NCBI GenBank assembly: GCA_964534225.1
Contig: CAZHNW010000007.1
Span: 1,432-65,431, forward strand
DNA: 64,000 nucleotides
Origin: an uncultured Leptospirales bacterium
GTDB taxonomy: Bacteria > Spirochaetota > UBA4802 > UBA5550
Direction of reading: 5' to 3'
Shown here: positions 31,322 to 40,376 of the stretch, one piece after another
Layout of the letters: every line of letters starts with the position of its first letter
How positions within the stretch are numbered: position 1 is the stretch's first letter
Program-made: the position numbers and the translations under genes
Notes under the pieces: model-generated
Told to the model about the DNA's origin: nothing
What the model saw: only the letters and a program-made list of their open reading frames with translations
Database searches by the model: none

Positions 31322-32320
31322 TTACCAGCTTAAAAAGATCAAAACTGTAAACATGATCAATATAAAAATGAAAACCAGGAGCATTACAACGGTTCCCCTG
31401 GAAAGGCCGAGGCTTTCTCCTCCTGTCGGTTTTGTGCGTGCCTGCTGTGGTCTGTCCACGATCTGGTGAGAGAGGCCGTCAACTGAGGGATTATACATGC
31501 GCAGTTTTACCTGTTTTTCATCTTCGAGTATTTTGCCATAGATGTTGGGGGCGATACGCACAAGAATTTCAATGGGGTCATTTTTGCCTGCACCGGCCTT
31601 GATATCCATTACCTCTGCGGGTACCGGTTTGATCTGGTTTTCCTCTTTCAACTGGAGCTGTTCTATATAGTGATTCTGAACTTCTGAGCTGGGAAGTATC
31701 TTTACCATCAGCTGGTCGCTGAGACGCAGTTCATAGATGGGCTTTCCCTTTACCGGGGCAAGAAGAGGCTTAACGGTAAGAATTACCGCTTCATTGCCGA
31801 GACCGTATTTACTTCCCCCCTGAGGCGCGTTTTCTGCCTTTTCATCGGCGGGCCTGCTTCTCTGGTTTTTGACTTCGTTGAATTCAGCGGGGGTGACTTC
31901 CTGGATGACTGATTCAAGAATCAGGTTTTTTTCATGTACAATCCGGTTGATAAGGTCATAGAGGGTTATGTCAAGGTTGTCGTAATCATAGTTTATTATA
32001 TTCTCATAAAATTTCTTGATGAGATTGTTGTCTGCTGAGAGTTCCTTGAACTGGTTCATCAGGCTTGTTGTCATGCTGTTATTGAAATGCCCCTTCCATT
32101 TAAGGTCAGCAATAAACTCTTCGTATTTGTCCCAGCTTGTGTGAAGTTCGAGGTCATAAGCGTCGGAATACGTGGAGACAACAAGATTGTGGTTGTCAAG
32201 TTCGCCGTTATTGTTGAAGATGAGGAGAACCTGACCATAAAGATTCATGGCACTTGATTTAAAACGTGCCTTGACAATCATTATATTGGTATCGGTAATA
32301 GTATTGAATTCGCGGCTCAT
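31322..32320 (-). CDS. tail-anchored hypothetical membrane protein (C-terminal TM VVMLLVFIFILIMFTVLIFLSW)
   Basis: ORF with no N-terminal signal; lower GC than flanks. Confidence 0.5.
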   Translation of the reverse strand: MSREFNTITDTNIMIVKARFKSSAMNLYGQVLLIFNNNGELDNHNLVVSTYSDAYDLELHTSWDKYEEFIADLKWKGHFNNSMTTSLMNQFKELSADNNLIKKFYENIINYDYDNLDITLYDLINRIVHEKNLILESVIQEVTPAEFNEVKNQRSRPADEKAENAPQGGSKYGLGNEAVILTVKPLLAPVKGKPIYELRLSDQLMVKILPSSEVQNHYIEQLQLKEENQIKPVPAEVMDIKAGAGKNDPIEILVRIAPNIYGKILEDEKQVKLRMYNPSVDGLSHQIVDRPQQARTKPTGGESLGLSRGTVVMLLVFIFILIMFTVLIFLSW

Positions 32321-32701
32321 ATAAAAATTATTTGCATGTCCATATAAAATTTATATATGCATATAATGCTGCATATACAGCTGGTTATCATAAAGGTTCT
32401 GAATCCAGATGTCAATATAAATATTTCACTGTACAGATCACATGCGGAGGGGAAAATCAGTCAGCTTTCGGATAATTATCATCCCGTATATTCTACTTGA
32501 CTCGGTCCTCCGGGGATGAAATATTCTTTTTTATACCCAGGGTATTCAGATACGTTATATAAATGGTACAGTGGTCCCGGTACCCGGGGAACAATTCTTT
32601 GAAAATAATACTCTAAAATTGAGAAAATATACTTTCTGCCTTTATTTATTTTTACGATAATAAATACAGCGGATAGTCCATTTTATGAAGGTAATGAAAT
32701 C

Positions 32702-33853
32702 ATGAAAAATTATATTCTCCTGCTCACCCTGACCCTGGTAATGATATTTTCCAGCTTTTCGAATGTATTTGCCTTCACGGATCAGGCTACAACAGAGCGG
32801 ATTCTTACTGAAAACAAGGAATACATAGAATTTATTAATGTCTGCGTTACAAACTTTACGCAGGAAAAATATGCTGATTTTGAGGATGTTTACCGCATTC
32901 ATTTCAATGCTGATATCGCCTACCTGCAGTCTGATTATAAGAGGTCGTATAAAAAGGTCTATGCCTCGCAGCGTAAAATGTCACTTCTCTATGAAACTTT
33001 ATTGAGAGACCTCTATCTTGAGGATGCCAAAAAAATACTCGACAGGATGGCCCCGGGAATCATCAAGTCAAAAAATCCCCGCGCAAGGCTTTATCTCACC
33101 CTGGGGTACCGTGACAGGACGGTAAGTGTTACTCATTACACCATTGGGAATGCCTCTAACCCCCGTCTTTTTTCTTACAAGATATTTAAGTATGAAGAGG
33201 GGATTAAAATGGCGCGAAGGTCAAAGAGGTATGGTTTTCTCGCCCTTTTTGAAAGCCGTACGTCCGATGTGAAGAAAGCCATCTATAATCAGCTCCTTAA
33301 AAAGGAAAAGGAGAAGGGACAGAAGTTCTATAATCGTTTTCTTGATAAAAAGGGAGAGCCCTTTATCAAAGAATTGAATCTCAGCTTTGATGAAAATGAA
33401 AAGAGAGAAGAAAAAGCCGGGATAAAGACTACCTTTGAAAAGAAGGTACTGAAGCGTGTCAGGTTTCGCCAGGAGGCCCGAACTGCCCGTTTTCTCATGA
33501 ACCATGAATTTGATCGTGCCGAGGATATCATGAGAAAATATGTCGATGATTTTAATTACAAGCTCATTGACGCCACCTTTGATGTGTTAAAGGCAGACCC
33601 GAAGGGCACGTCAGCACCTGCCTTTGATTATGATAAGATGAAAATTCACCTGATGGATAACTATCTTCGTCTTTCCCGTCAATCTGCCATAGAAACCTTT
33701 CTGGATAAACTGAAAGTGGAAGATGACATGAAATCTCACCGGGAAGATGATGGCTCCACGGGAAAAGAAAAAAAGGATGAAAAAGCCACTGAAACGAAAG
33801 AACCGGTAAAGAAGGAACCCGAGAAGAAAACAGAAGAAAAAAAGAGTGAATAG
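32702..33853 (+). CDS. secreted hypothetical protein with K/E-rich C-terminus
   Basis: signal peptide MKNYILLLTLTLVMIFSSFSNVFA; no family recognised. Confidence 0.5.
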   Translation: MKNYILLLTLTLVMIFSSFSNVFAFTDQATTERILTENKEYIEFINVCVTNFTQEKYADFEDVYRIHFNADIAYLQSDYKRSYKKVYASQRKMSLLYETLLRDLYLEDAKKILDRMAPGIIKSKNPRARLYLTLGYRDRTVSVTHYTIGNASNPRLFSYKIFKYEEGIKMARRSKRYGFLALFESRTSDVKKAIYNQLLKKEKEKGQKFYNRFLDKKGEPFIKELNLSFDENEKREEKAGIKTTFEKKVLKRVRFRQEARTARFLMNHEFDRAEDIMRKYVDDFNYKLIDATFDVLKADPKGTSAPAFDYDKMKIHLMDNYLRLSRQSAIETFLDKLKVEDDMKSHREDDGSTGKEKKDEKATETKEPVKKEPEKKTEEKKSE

Positions 33854-33942
33854 TTTCTGTTGTAAAAAGTTCTTGAATTATTCCGATATTTTGTTAAATA
33901 TTTGTCCATCTGCATTTCAATCCAACTCCCTGGAGTTCTACT

Positions 33943-34314
33943 ATGAAAAGTTCTTTCTATAAGCTTTTCTTCCTGATTTTTATTCTATTGTTTTCTTTTT
34001 CAATGACCGGCTGTAAGGGTGACAAAAAAGGTCCCCAGCTTGGTATCGTTGTACCCATTGGTGATGAGAGGGTGAGCGATGAACTTCCCTATGTCGTTCA
34101 TGAAGTTCTTGAAAACAGTCCTGCTCACAGGGCGGGGCTTCAGGGAGACGATGTGATCGTTCAGGTGGGAGGCGTACCTGTCGAGGGGATGAAACATGGT
34201 GATGTCTATCGCAAGCTGCTTCTCGGTAAGAGGGGAACGGTGGTCACCCTGGTGGTTCTTAGAAAGGGAGAGAAAAAGGTTTTTCAAATAGTCCGGGGGG
34301 GCCGGGATAAGTGA
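33943..34314 (+). CDS. PDZ-domain lipoprotein
   Basis: lipobox SMTGC; PDZ core (VVHEVLENSPAHRAGLQGDDVIVQVGGVPV). Confidence 0.7.
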   Translation: MKSSFYKLFFLIFILLFSFSMTGCKGDKKGPQLGIVVPIGDERVSDELPYVVHEVLENSPAHRAGLQGDDVIVQVGGVPVEGMKHGDVYRKLLLGKRGTVVTLVVLRKGEKKVFQIVRGGRDK

Positions 34315-34576
34315 AAATTTTCTGGCGTTTCGTTATTTTTATCTCCTGTTTTATAATGACGGTTTTTCTGCTTGATATTGTTTACTGGACAACACTTCGG
34401 TAGTGATTTTTGTTTTTAATGATTCTTTTACAGTGGTGTGCTTTTTGTGTACATTCCACTGAAATTCCTGATATTTGTTTGCATTTTTTCTTCATTTGCA
34501 GGTATCTTTATTACATGAAGCCTGTTGAGTCAACACTCTGTCATGTGAATTTTGCCGCCTGACCGGGTGGTTGTTC

Positions 34577-34605
34577 TTGACGAAGTCTGCTGCTTCGAGT
34601 ATATT
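34577..34605 (+). promoter_or_regulatory. sigma70-type promoter TTGACG-17-TATATT, ~80 nt upstream of FecR-PEGA-PQQ gene
   Basis: hexamers and 17-nt spacer counted from sequence. Confidence 0.5.
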
Positions 34606-34691
34606 AAATGCGTAGTAGAGAAGAAGTGAGTGGTTTTTACCTCATCAGAAAACTTTCCTGGATTTCGGGGTAGCATCAAGGGGGCCATATT

Positions 34692-37091
34692 ATGAATCGT
34701 AACCTGTTTATTTTATCATTATCATTTGTTGTCATTTTCGCAACAACCCATTGTGGTAAAAAAAGTGGCGATAAAGCTGCAGGACGAATAAATGACGCGA
34801 AAGTAATCTTTGCCATCGGCAATGTTACTGTTAAAACAAAAGATACCTGGTCGCCCGCCAAAAACCAGATGAAACTTACCCAGGGAGATGAGATAAAAAC
34901 CGGGAAAAAATCTCAGTGCAATCTCGTGATAGGAAAGGATTCTTTTATTTCAGTAAAGGAAACCTCTCATTTAGTTCTTGAAAAGATATTGAAGGAAGTC
35001 AGCGGCATCGAGGATAATCAGCTTGCTCTCAAGGTTGGGAAAAGTGTTGTCAACCCGAAGAAACTTCTCAAGGGCGACAGTTTCAGGATAAAAACGCCTA
35101 CGGCCATTGCAGCGGTACGGGGAACCAGATTTGTCGTTGAATCAAAACCGGGAGTGAAACTTCGTGTTGCTGTTGTTGAAGGCAAGGTTGAACTCAAGAG
35201 ACGCGTTCCTGTGCTGGAAAGTATAGATAAAGATATTATTGAGAAATCAGACGCCCTTATGGCCCTGAAAGAAAAGGTCGATGAAGAAACCATCGTTGTC
35301 GATGCCAATGAGTCAGCATTTATCGACAATAAAAAGGCAGAAGAAGAGAACAGAGTCATAGAAAAGACTGTTACCGAGCAGGTGGAAGTTATAAAAAAAG
35401 AGATTGAAAAATCAAAAGAAGAAGAGAAGGAACGGAAAATTGATCCTGAAAAGAAGGCCCCTGCTGAAGTCGCTGTTCAGAAAAGGGAGCCTGTTGTAAA
35501 ACAGGAAAAAAAGGTGAAGAAGATTTTTGCCACCCTTTCTCTCATGAAAAAAGAAAAAAATGAAGTCAGGCAGATTAAAAAGCAGAAGAAGATAGAGAAG
35601 AAAGATGTCGAAGAGGTGGAGAAACTCGAGAAAGACATTGTCGAAGCAAAGGCCAAAAAACTCGTTACGATAGAAAAAAAAGAAGAAATCACAGAGCTGA
35701 AAATTAAGAGCCCCCTCACGGGGAGCGCTCTTTATATTAATGGCAGGTTGATAGGATATAACAAGGCCCTTCTCAACCCGATTCCCGGTGAAGATATTAA
35801 AGTAAAAATTGTTGCCGCGGGATATCGCCCCTTTGTCACCACGGTAAACCTGAAAAAGGGTGAGACAAAAAATATTACGGCGGTAATGAAAAAGGCCGCT
35901 ACCCTGACTGTTGTCTCTCCTGTACGATATGGACGCATCTATCTCAATGACCGTTATGTGGGGCGCGGAAGGGTCGTTCTGACTCCAGGAGTAGAAGAAA
36001 AATTTACTGTTGCTGTAAAGGCACCCGGGTTCAAGGATTACTCTACGGATGTGACACTTGGTGTTGGAGAACAGAAGGTACTCAGGACAGAACTTATACG
36101 TAAGAAAAAACTGGATCGCCTGACCTGGAAGCATAAGATGGGAAAAACGGTACTGGTGAAACCTGTTGTTTATGGCCGATACCTGATTATTGCCACCAAT
36201 GATGGTACCCTCCTCCTGGTCAACAGGACAGGCAAAAGGATATGGAAGGCTGACCTGAAGCGGAGAATAGAATCAACACCCATGCCCTGGAAGGGGAAAA
36301 TATATGTTGCCACCAGCAATGGTGATTTTTACGCCCTGAATGCCGGTACAGGCCGCATCGTGTGGAAGAAAAAAATATTCGGTTCACTGCTGTTCGGTTC
36401 AAGACCCGTGGTTGCAGGGGGAAACCTTTACTTTGCAACGAGTTTTGGCCGCGTCTATTCCTTCACCACGGCGGGTAAAGAGAGATGGCATGTTGATCTT
36501 GAAAACGGCATTTATTCATCGGTTGCTTTCGATAAGGGGATGGTTTATGTCGGCGCTGAAGACCATAACATCTATGCAATCAGGGCAAAAGACGGTGATA
36601 TAAGCTGGAAGTTTAAAGCCGACAGCAGAATGGTATCATCGGCGCCCACCATACATAACAGTATCCTCTATATCGGCTGCTACAGCGGTACCTTCTTTGC
36701 GGTAGACGCACTGAAGGGGCAAGAAAAATGGAAACTCAAGACGGGTGATTCCATTTTTTCCACACCGCTGATCAAGGGCAGGCGGGTCTATGTGGGATCA
36801 AATGATGGGAAACTCTATGCCATTGATACCGCCTCAGGAAAAGTGGCCTGGACCTACAATACCGGAAGTAAAGTAAAGTCAAAGGCGGCTGTTACGGGTA
36901 ATCTCATAATTATCACCAGCGGTAGAAGAGTCATGGCCCTTGATCGTACCGGAGGAAAACTACAGTGGGCACATACCTTTGAGAAAGAGGTTAAGACGTC
37001 AGCCACTGTCAGCGGTAACGACATATTCGTCGGCCTCGATGACGGCGAAATCGCATCAGTGAAGAATTCTCTTATCCAGAAATTCAGGTAG
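34692..37091 (+). CDS. large lipoprotein: FecR-like domain + K/E-rich coiled coil + two PEGA domains + PQQ-type beta-propeller (BamB-like repeats)
   Basis: lipobox TTHCG; FecR-like block (KLTQGDEIKTGKKSQCNLVIGKDSFISV); PEGA units (LYINGRLIGYN...VKIVAAGYRPF; RIYLNDRYVGRG...VAVKAPGFKDY); six PQQ-like repeats (YALNAGTGRIVWKK, YAIRAKDGDISWKF, FAVDALKGQEKWKL, YAIDTASGKVAWTY, MALDRTGGKLQWAH). Confidence 0.75.
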   Translation: MNRNLFILSLSFVVIFATTHCGKKSGDKAAGRINDAKVIFAIGNVTVKTKDTWSPAKNQMKLTQGDEIKTGKKSQCNLVIGKDSFISVKETSHLVLEKILKEVSGIEDNQLALKVGKSVVNPKKLLKGDSFRIKTPTAIAAVRGTRFVVESKPGVKLRVAVVEGKVELKRRVPVLESIDKDIIEKSDALMALKEKVDEETIVVDANESAFIDNKKAEEENRVIEKTVTEQVEVIKKEIEKSKEEEKERKIDPEKKAPAEVAVQKREPVVKQEKKVKKIFATLSLMKKEKNEVRQIKKQKKIEKKDVEEVEKLEKDIVEAKAKKLVTIEKKEEITELKIKSPLTGSALYINGRLIGYNKALLNPIPGEDIKVKIVAAGYRPFVTTVNLKKGETKNITAVMKKAATLTVVSPVRYGRIYLNDRYVGRGRVVLTPGVEEKFTVAVKAPGFKDYSTDVTLGVGEQKVLRTELIRKKKLDRLTWKHKMGKTVLVKPVVYGRYLIIATNDGTLLLVNRTGKRIWKADLKRRIESTPMPWKGKIYVATSNGDFYALNAGTGRIVWKKKIFGSLLFGSRPVVAGGNLYFATSFGRVYSFTTAGKERWHVDLENGIYSSVAFDKGMVYVGAEDHNIYAIRAKDGDISWKFKADSRMVSSAPTIHNSILYIGCYSGTFFAVDALKGQEKWKLKTGDSIFSTPLIKGRRVYVGSNDGKLYAIDTASGKVAWTYNTGSKVKSKAAVTGNLIIITSGRRVMALDRTGGKLQWAHTFEKEVKTSATVSGNDIFVGLDDGEIASVKNSLIQKFR

Positions 37092-37115
37092 GAGAGGATA
37101 TTACCGGTAATATAT

Positions 37116-37165
37116 AAAACCCTGAAAAAGGGGGCCCCATGAAGGGCCCCCTTTTTCAGGGTTTT
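37116..37165. terminator. bidirectional intrinsic terminator: 22-bp perfect GC-rich stem (AAAACCCTGAAAAAGGGGGCCC / GGGCCCCCTTTTTCAGGGTTTT), 6-nt loop, flanked by A-run and T-run, between convergent genes
   Basis: read directly; sits between stop of 34692..37091 (+) and stop of 37165..37746 (-). Confidence 0.85.
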
Positions 37166-37746
37166 TAAAAAATCTTTTCCTTGATATTGTATTCCCATAG
37201 TTCTACGAGTTTTTCGAATTCCCTGTCACGGGGTTTGTCCTTATAGGCGAGGTTTTTTCTTTTTATCAGGTACGCGACAGTTTCGTCTTCGAGTAAAAAT
37301 TTTTCTCCCAGTTCGTTGAGCCTGATGATGCAGTAGTTCAGGTTGTATGTCTGAAAGTCACCGATATACTGGCTCGATGCTACGGTCGGTTCATATTTTA
37401 AAAGCAGTTCAGTAAAATAGAGGGAGTTTCTCCATGAATCTGTACTGTCAGTCAGGCCCATCTTGAAATGCATGCTCAGCTTTTCAAAGATGTCCATATT
37501 CTTGTAGTATGATTCATAGATATACCTGATTAACTCAGGGAAATAGTTTTGAACTTCCATCAAATCAATTGGTTCATTTTTTTCTTTAAAAAAGTCAAAT
37601 ACCCTGCGGCTTAGATCGTTAACAGGCTCCACGTCAATCAATTCGATGTAGAGATCACGCACGATTGTCCGCACCCTGCCGATTTTTTTCAGGTAGACCT
37701 CGATTTCAACAGGTTCGACGTAATAATATTTTTTATCTTTTGCCAT
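37165..37746 (-). CDS. hypothetical cytoplasmic protein (193 aa), downstream partner of large LysM protein gene (14-nt overlap)
   Basis: ORF, no recognisable motifs; AT-rich. Confidence 0.5.
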   Translation of the reverse strand: MAKDKKYYYVEPVEIEVYLKKIGRVRTIVRDLYIELIDVEPVNDLSRRVFDFFKEKNEPIDLMEVQNYFPELIRYIYESYYKNMDIFEKLSMHFKMGLTDSTDSWRNSLYFTELLLKYEPTVASSQYIGDFQTYNLNYCIIRLNELGEKFLLEDETVAYLIKRKNLAYKDKPRDREFEKLVELWEYNIKEKIF

Positions 37747-40366
37747 GGTCTTTTTTCAGACCCTCCAGTATCTGCGTATGCTTTTCTGAAAAAGAACAGC
37801 GCCGTGCATCCTCAAGGTGTTTTTTACTTTCCCGGGGGCTGGCTTTTTCAGCGGCCTGTATACTTTGATGAAAGAGTATATCCATTTCGATAAGTTTTCT
37901 TTTCGCAATGGCCCAGAGGGTGTCACCCCGGCTGACAGTTATTCTCTGTCCGTCAAGGAGGAGAAAAACATTCTCCGGGTAGATCCAGTGGGGATTGCGG
38001 GTTTTGATGGCCTTTTCGTTCAATTCGGCATAGCCGTTCCTGACGGCAACCATGTTTGCGTAGCGGTAAATGTCACTGTTAGAAATCTTTGATTTGAATT
38101 TGAGGGGAAGTTTTTCGTACCTTTCTTTCTGCCGTGTTGTAAGTATATCTTTGCTGGGAGTGATCTTTTCTTTTTCGGTCCCGTCTTTTCTGGTGTCGTT
38201 TTTGCCGTCATTTCGGATAACAGTTTTTTTTGCTGCAGAGGCGGTACCTTCAATTGCTTCCCTTGACCTGTCATGTAAAAGAAAGAAAAGAACGGGTACC
38301 AAAATTACCAGGGCCGCCGCGGCGGGAAGAAGAAAGCGCCTGCTTTTTTCCTTTGTTACTTCCCCGCCGGGCGCGGTATCGGTACCGCTGCCGGATGGCA
38401 GGGGACCATGCTGAGTGGAAAGGTTTTCGGAAGCGTTGTCATCTGTCCCCGTGTTTCGTTTAGTATCTTTTCGTCTAAGGAGAAAGTGACTGCTGCTTTC
38501 TCCTGGTTCCTTACCGTCGAAAGAGACAGGGCCGGGGGAATTTTTTCTTCCCCCTGTACTTCCCCCGAGAAGTGAAGCAAGTCTGCTTTCGCCGCTTTTT
38601 TTATTGTACCCTTTATTTGTTTCAGGGATATCAACGGTGCGGTAGTAGTCCTTGCGCGAGTCAATGGCCCTTTGAAGACTGGAAGTGTCTGTTACGGCGG
38701 CACCGCTTTCAATCCTCTCACGCATGAGAATTGCCAGCAGGGCACGGAGACGTTTTCTGTCTCTGATGATTGTTTTCAGTGCCTCCCTCTGGAAGGGATT
38801 GATGGATTCAGGATCGATTCTGTCTTCAGCCTCTTCCCGTATCTCTTCGATAAGTTTCATGTCATCGTGAGTTTCTGTGTCAGTAATGAAGCTGTAAATA
38901 CCCCTGTTGTAGAAAAAGACCTTCATGGTATTTCCCGCAGGGGGAGTTTTGCCTGCTTTTCTCAAATTTACACGCAGATCCTGTATGAGAGTTCGACAGG
39001 AGCTGAAAAGATTGCGGTCGCCTGTGGCTTCGCTTATGGCACGAAGAATGCTGCAGACATTGTTCAGGTCTCTTGTTTTTCGCAGGACGCCTTCGGTTGC
39101 GGCGATGTTATGGTCAATGTATTCTTTTATCGCGGTAATGTCTTCGGAGACAAAAATTTTTTTTGCAGTTTCATCAAAGCCGGCGGCGGCAATAAGGTCA
39201 GCGAGAGAATCAGTGCGGTGAAAGGTGCAGGGAACTGATTCGCGTGCCAGGATGAGAGATTCGCTGAGGATATGGTCAATTGTTTTCCCCGTGTCATTGA
39301 TGAGAAAAACCGGTGTGTCAGAAGATTTGAAGAGGAGGGCCGTTTCTTCGTAGACACTGTATTCAATGAGGATGGCGTCAATATCATCTTTGAGTATTTC
39401 CCTGATGCCGGAGATTCCCTTGACGAATGCCAGGGAGATGCCCTGTCTTTTGAAATCGATTCTTACGTTGTATGAATCGCGGTACTGCCGCAGGGCGGTG
39501 CCGTCAGGTGTAGTAAAATCCATGCCATCAAAGGGCTCGCTGCGTACGGTAGAGTTGCGGAAAAGAGATTTCAGAAGTGTTATTTCATCGGTGTGGTCGC
39601 TGGCAATGGTGAGCTGGCCCGTCTTCTGGTGCTTCCATTTCATGAAGCGGGTAATATTAAGGTAGTTGCCAGAGGGATGAATTACCGTTTTTATTTTTTC
39701 CGGGGAAATTTTTAGTGATGCCAGTTTTTCGAGACAGGGCGCGGGGAAGAGGTAGCTGGTAAAGGAACCGTCGTTGAAGAAAAGCGGGTTGTTATCAAGA
39801 ATGACCAGTCCCGGGTTCCGGTATCTGTCAGTGTTAATAGAATTTTCCACCACCATGTCATGAAGAGACGTGAAGGGCAGTACCATCTCCTGCGCAGTTT
39901 TCAGGTTGAAAATCTCCCTGCCTCCATGGACGGTTTTGAAGTTGCCATCGCGGTAGAAGACGCCGATGAACTGATTTTTTTCTGATATTGCCTTTTCACG
40001 GGAAATCTCAGGCAGGTCTTTTTCGATATTAACTATAACGGCATTGGTCAGGTCGAGGCCGAAGAGTTTCTGGTAGTTAAGGAAACGCTGCAGTATATTT
40101 TCGCTTCCGATGTAGCGGTTGTTTTCAAGGTCCTGGACATCGATGTTAAACTGTTCAAAGGCGGGGTTGCCGGTCATGCCGTCGGGAACGATTATATTTT
40201 CGATAAAGGGTATAAGGTCCGCGGGCATCTCCGGCCAGGTGCCTATCCTGATAAAGGGTTTTCCTTCAAGTGAATCTTCTCCGGTAAAGATAATAAAGCA
40301 TTCCGGATCGACAATGAAGAGACGGTCCTTTTCGCTTTTTATAATGTCTGCCAGGGATGACTGCAT
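37733..40366 (-). CDS. large bitopic membrane protein: ~660-aa uncharacterised cytoplasmic region, Ser/Gly/Thr-rich linker, single TM, periplasmic C-terminal LysM-like domain (start ATG 40366 with AAGGAG RBS; ORF-track TTG 40390 alternative)
   Basis: TM RRFLLPAAAALVILVPVLFFLL; LysM-like block ITVSRGDTLWAIAKRKL; nothing recognisable in N-terminal region. Confidence 0.6.
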   Translation of the reverse strand: MQSSLADIIKSEKDRLFIVDPECFIIFTGEDSLEGKPFIRIGTWPEMPADLIPFIENIIVPDGMTGNPAFEQFNIDVQDLENNRYIGSENILQRFLNYQKLFGLDLTNAVIVNIEKDLPEISREKAISEKNQFIGVFYRDGNFKTVHGGREIFNLKTAQEMVLPFTSLHDMVVENSINTDRYRNPGLVILDNNPLFFNDGSFTSYLFPAPCLEKLASLKISPEKIKTVIHPSGNYLNITRFMKWKHQKTGQLTIASDHTDEITLLKSLFRNSTVRSEPFDGMDFTTPDGTALRQYRDSYNVRIDFKRQGISLAFVKGISGIREILKDDIDAILIEYSVYEETALLFKSSDTPVFLINDTGKTIDHILSESLILARESVPCTFHRTDSLADLIAAAGFDETAKKIFVSEDITAIKEYIDHNIAATEGVLRKTRDLNNVCSILRAISEATGDRNLFSSCRTLIQDLRVNLRKAGKTPPAGNTMKVFFYNRGIYSFITDTETHDDMKLIEEIREEAEDRIDPESINPFQREALKTIIRDRKRLRALLAILMRERIESGAAVTDTSSLQRAIDSRKDYYRTVDIPETNKGYNKKSGESRLASLLGGSTGGRKNSPGPVSFDGKEPGESSSHFLLRRKDTKRNTGTDDNASENLSTQHGPLPSGSGTDTAPGGEVTKEKSRRFLLPAAAALVILVPVLFFLLHDRSREAIEGTASAAKKTVIRNDGKNDTRKDGTEKEKITPSKDILTTRQKERYEKLPLKFKSKISNSDIYRYANMVAVRNGYAELNEKAIKTRNPHWIYPENVFLLLDGQRITVSRGDTLWAIAKRKLIEMDILFHQSIQAAEKASPRESKKHLEDARRCSFSEKHTQILEGLKKDHGKR

Positions 40367-40376
40367 GAAAACTCCT

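Noticed and set aside
35412-36134. 240-aa minus-strand ORF, Phe/Leu-rich
   Set aside because: Antisense translation of the Lys/Glu-rich coiled-coil region of the FecR-PEGA-PQQ gene; low complexity, no RBS.
38672-39238. 188-aa plus-strand ORF and neighbours (38070..38414, 38925..39221, 39366..39665)
   Set aside because: All antisense to the large LysM-protein gene; no RBS; no motifs.
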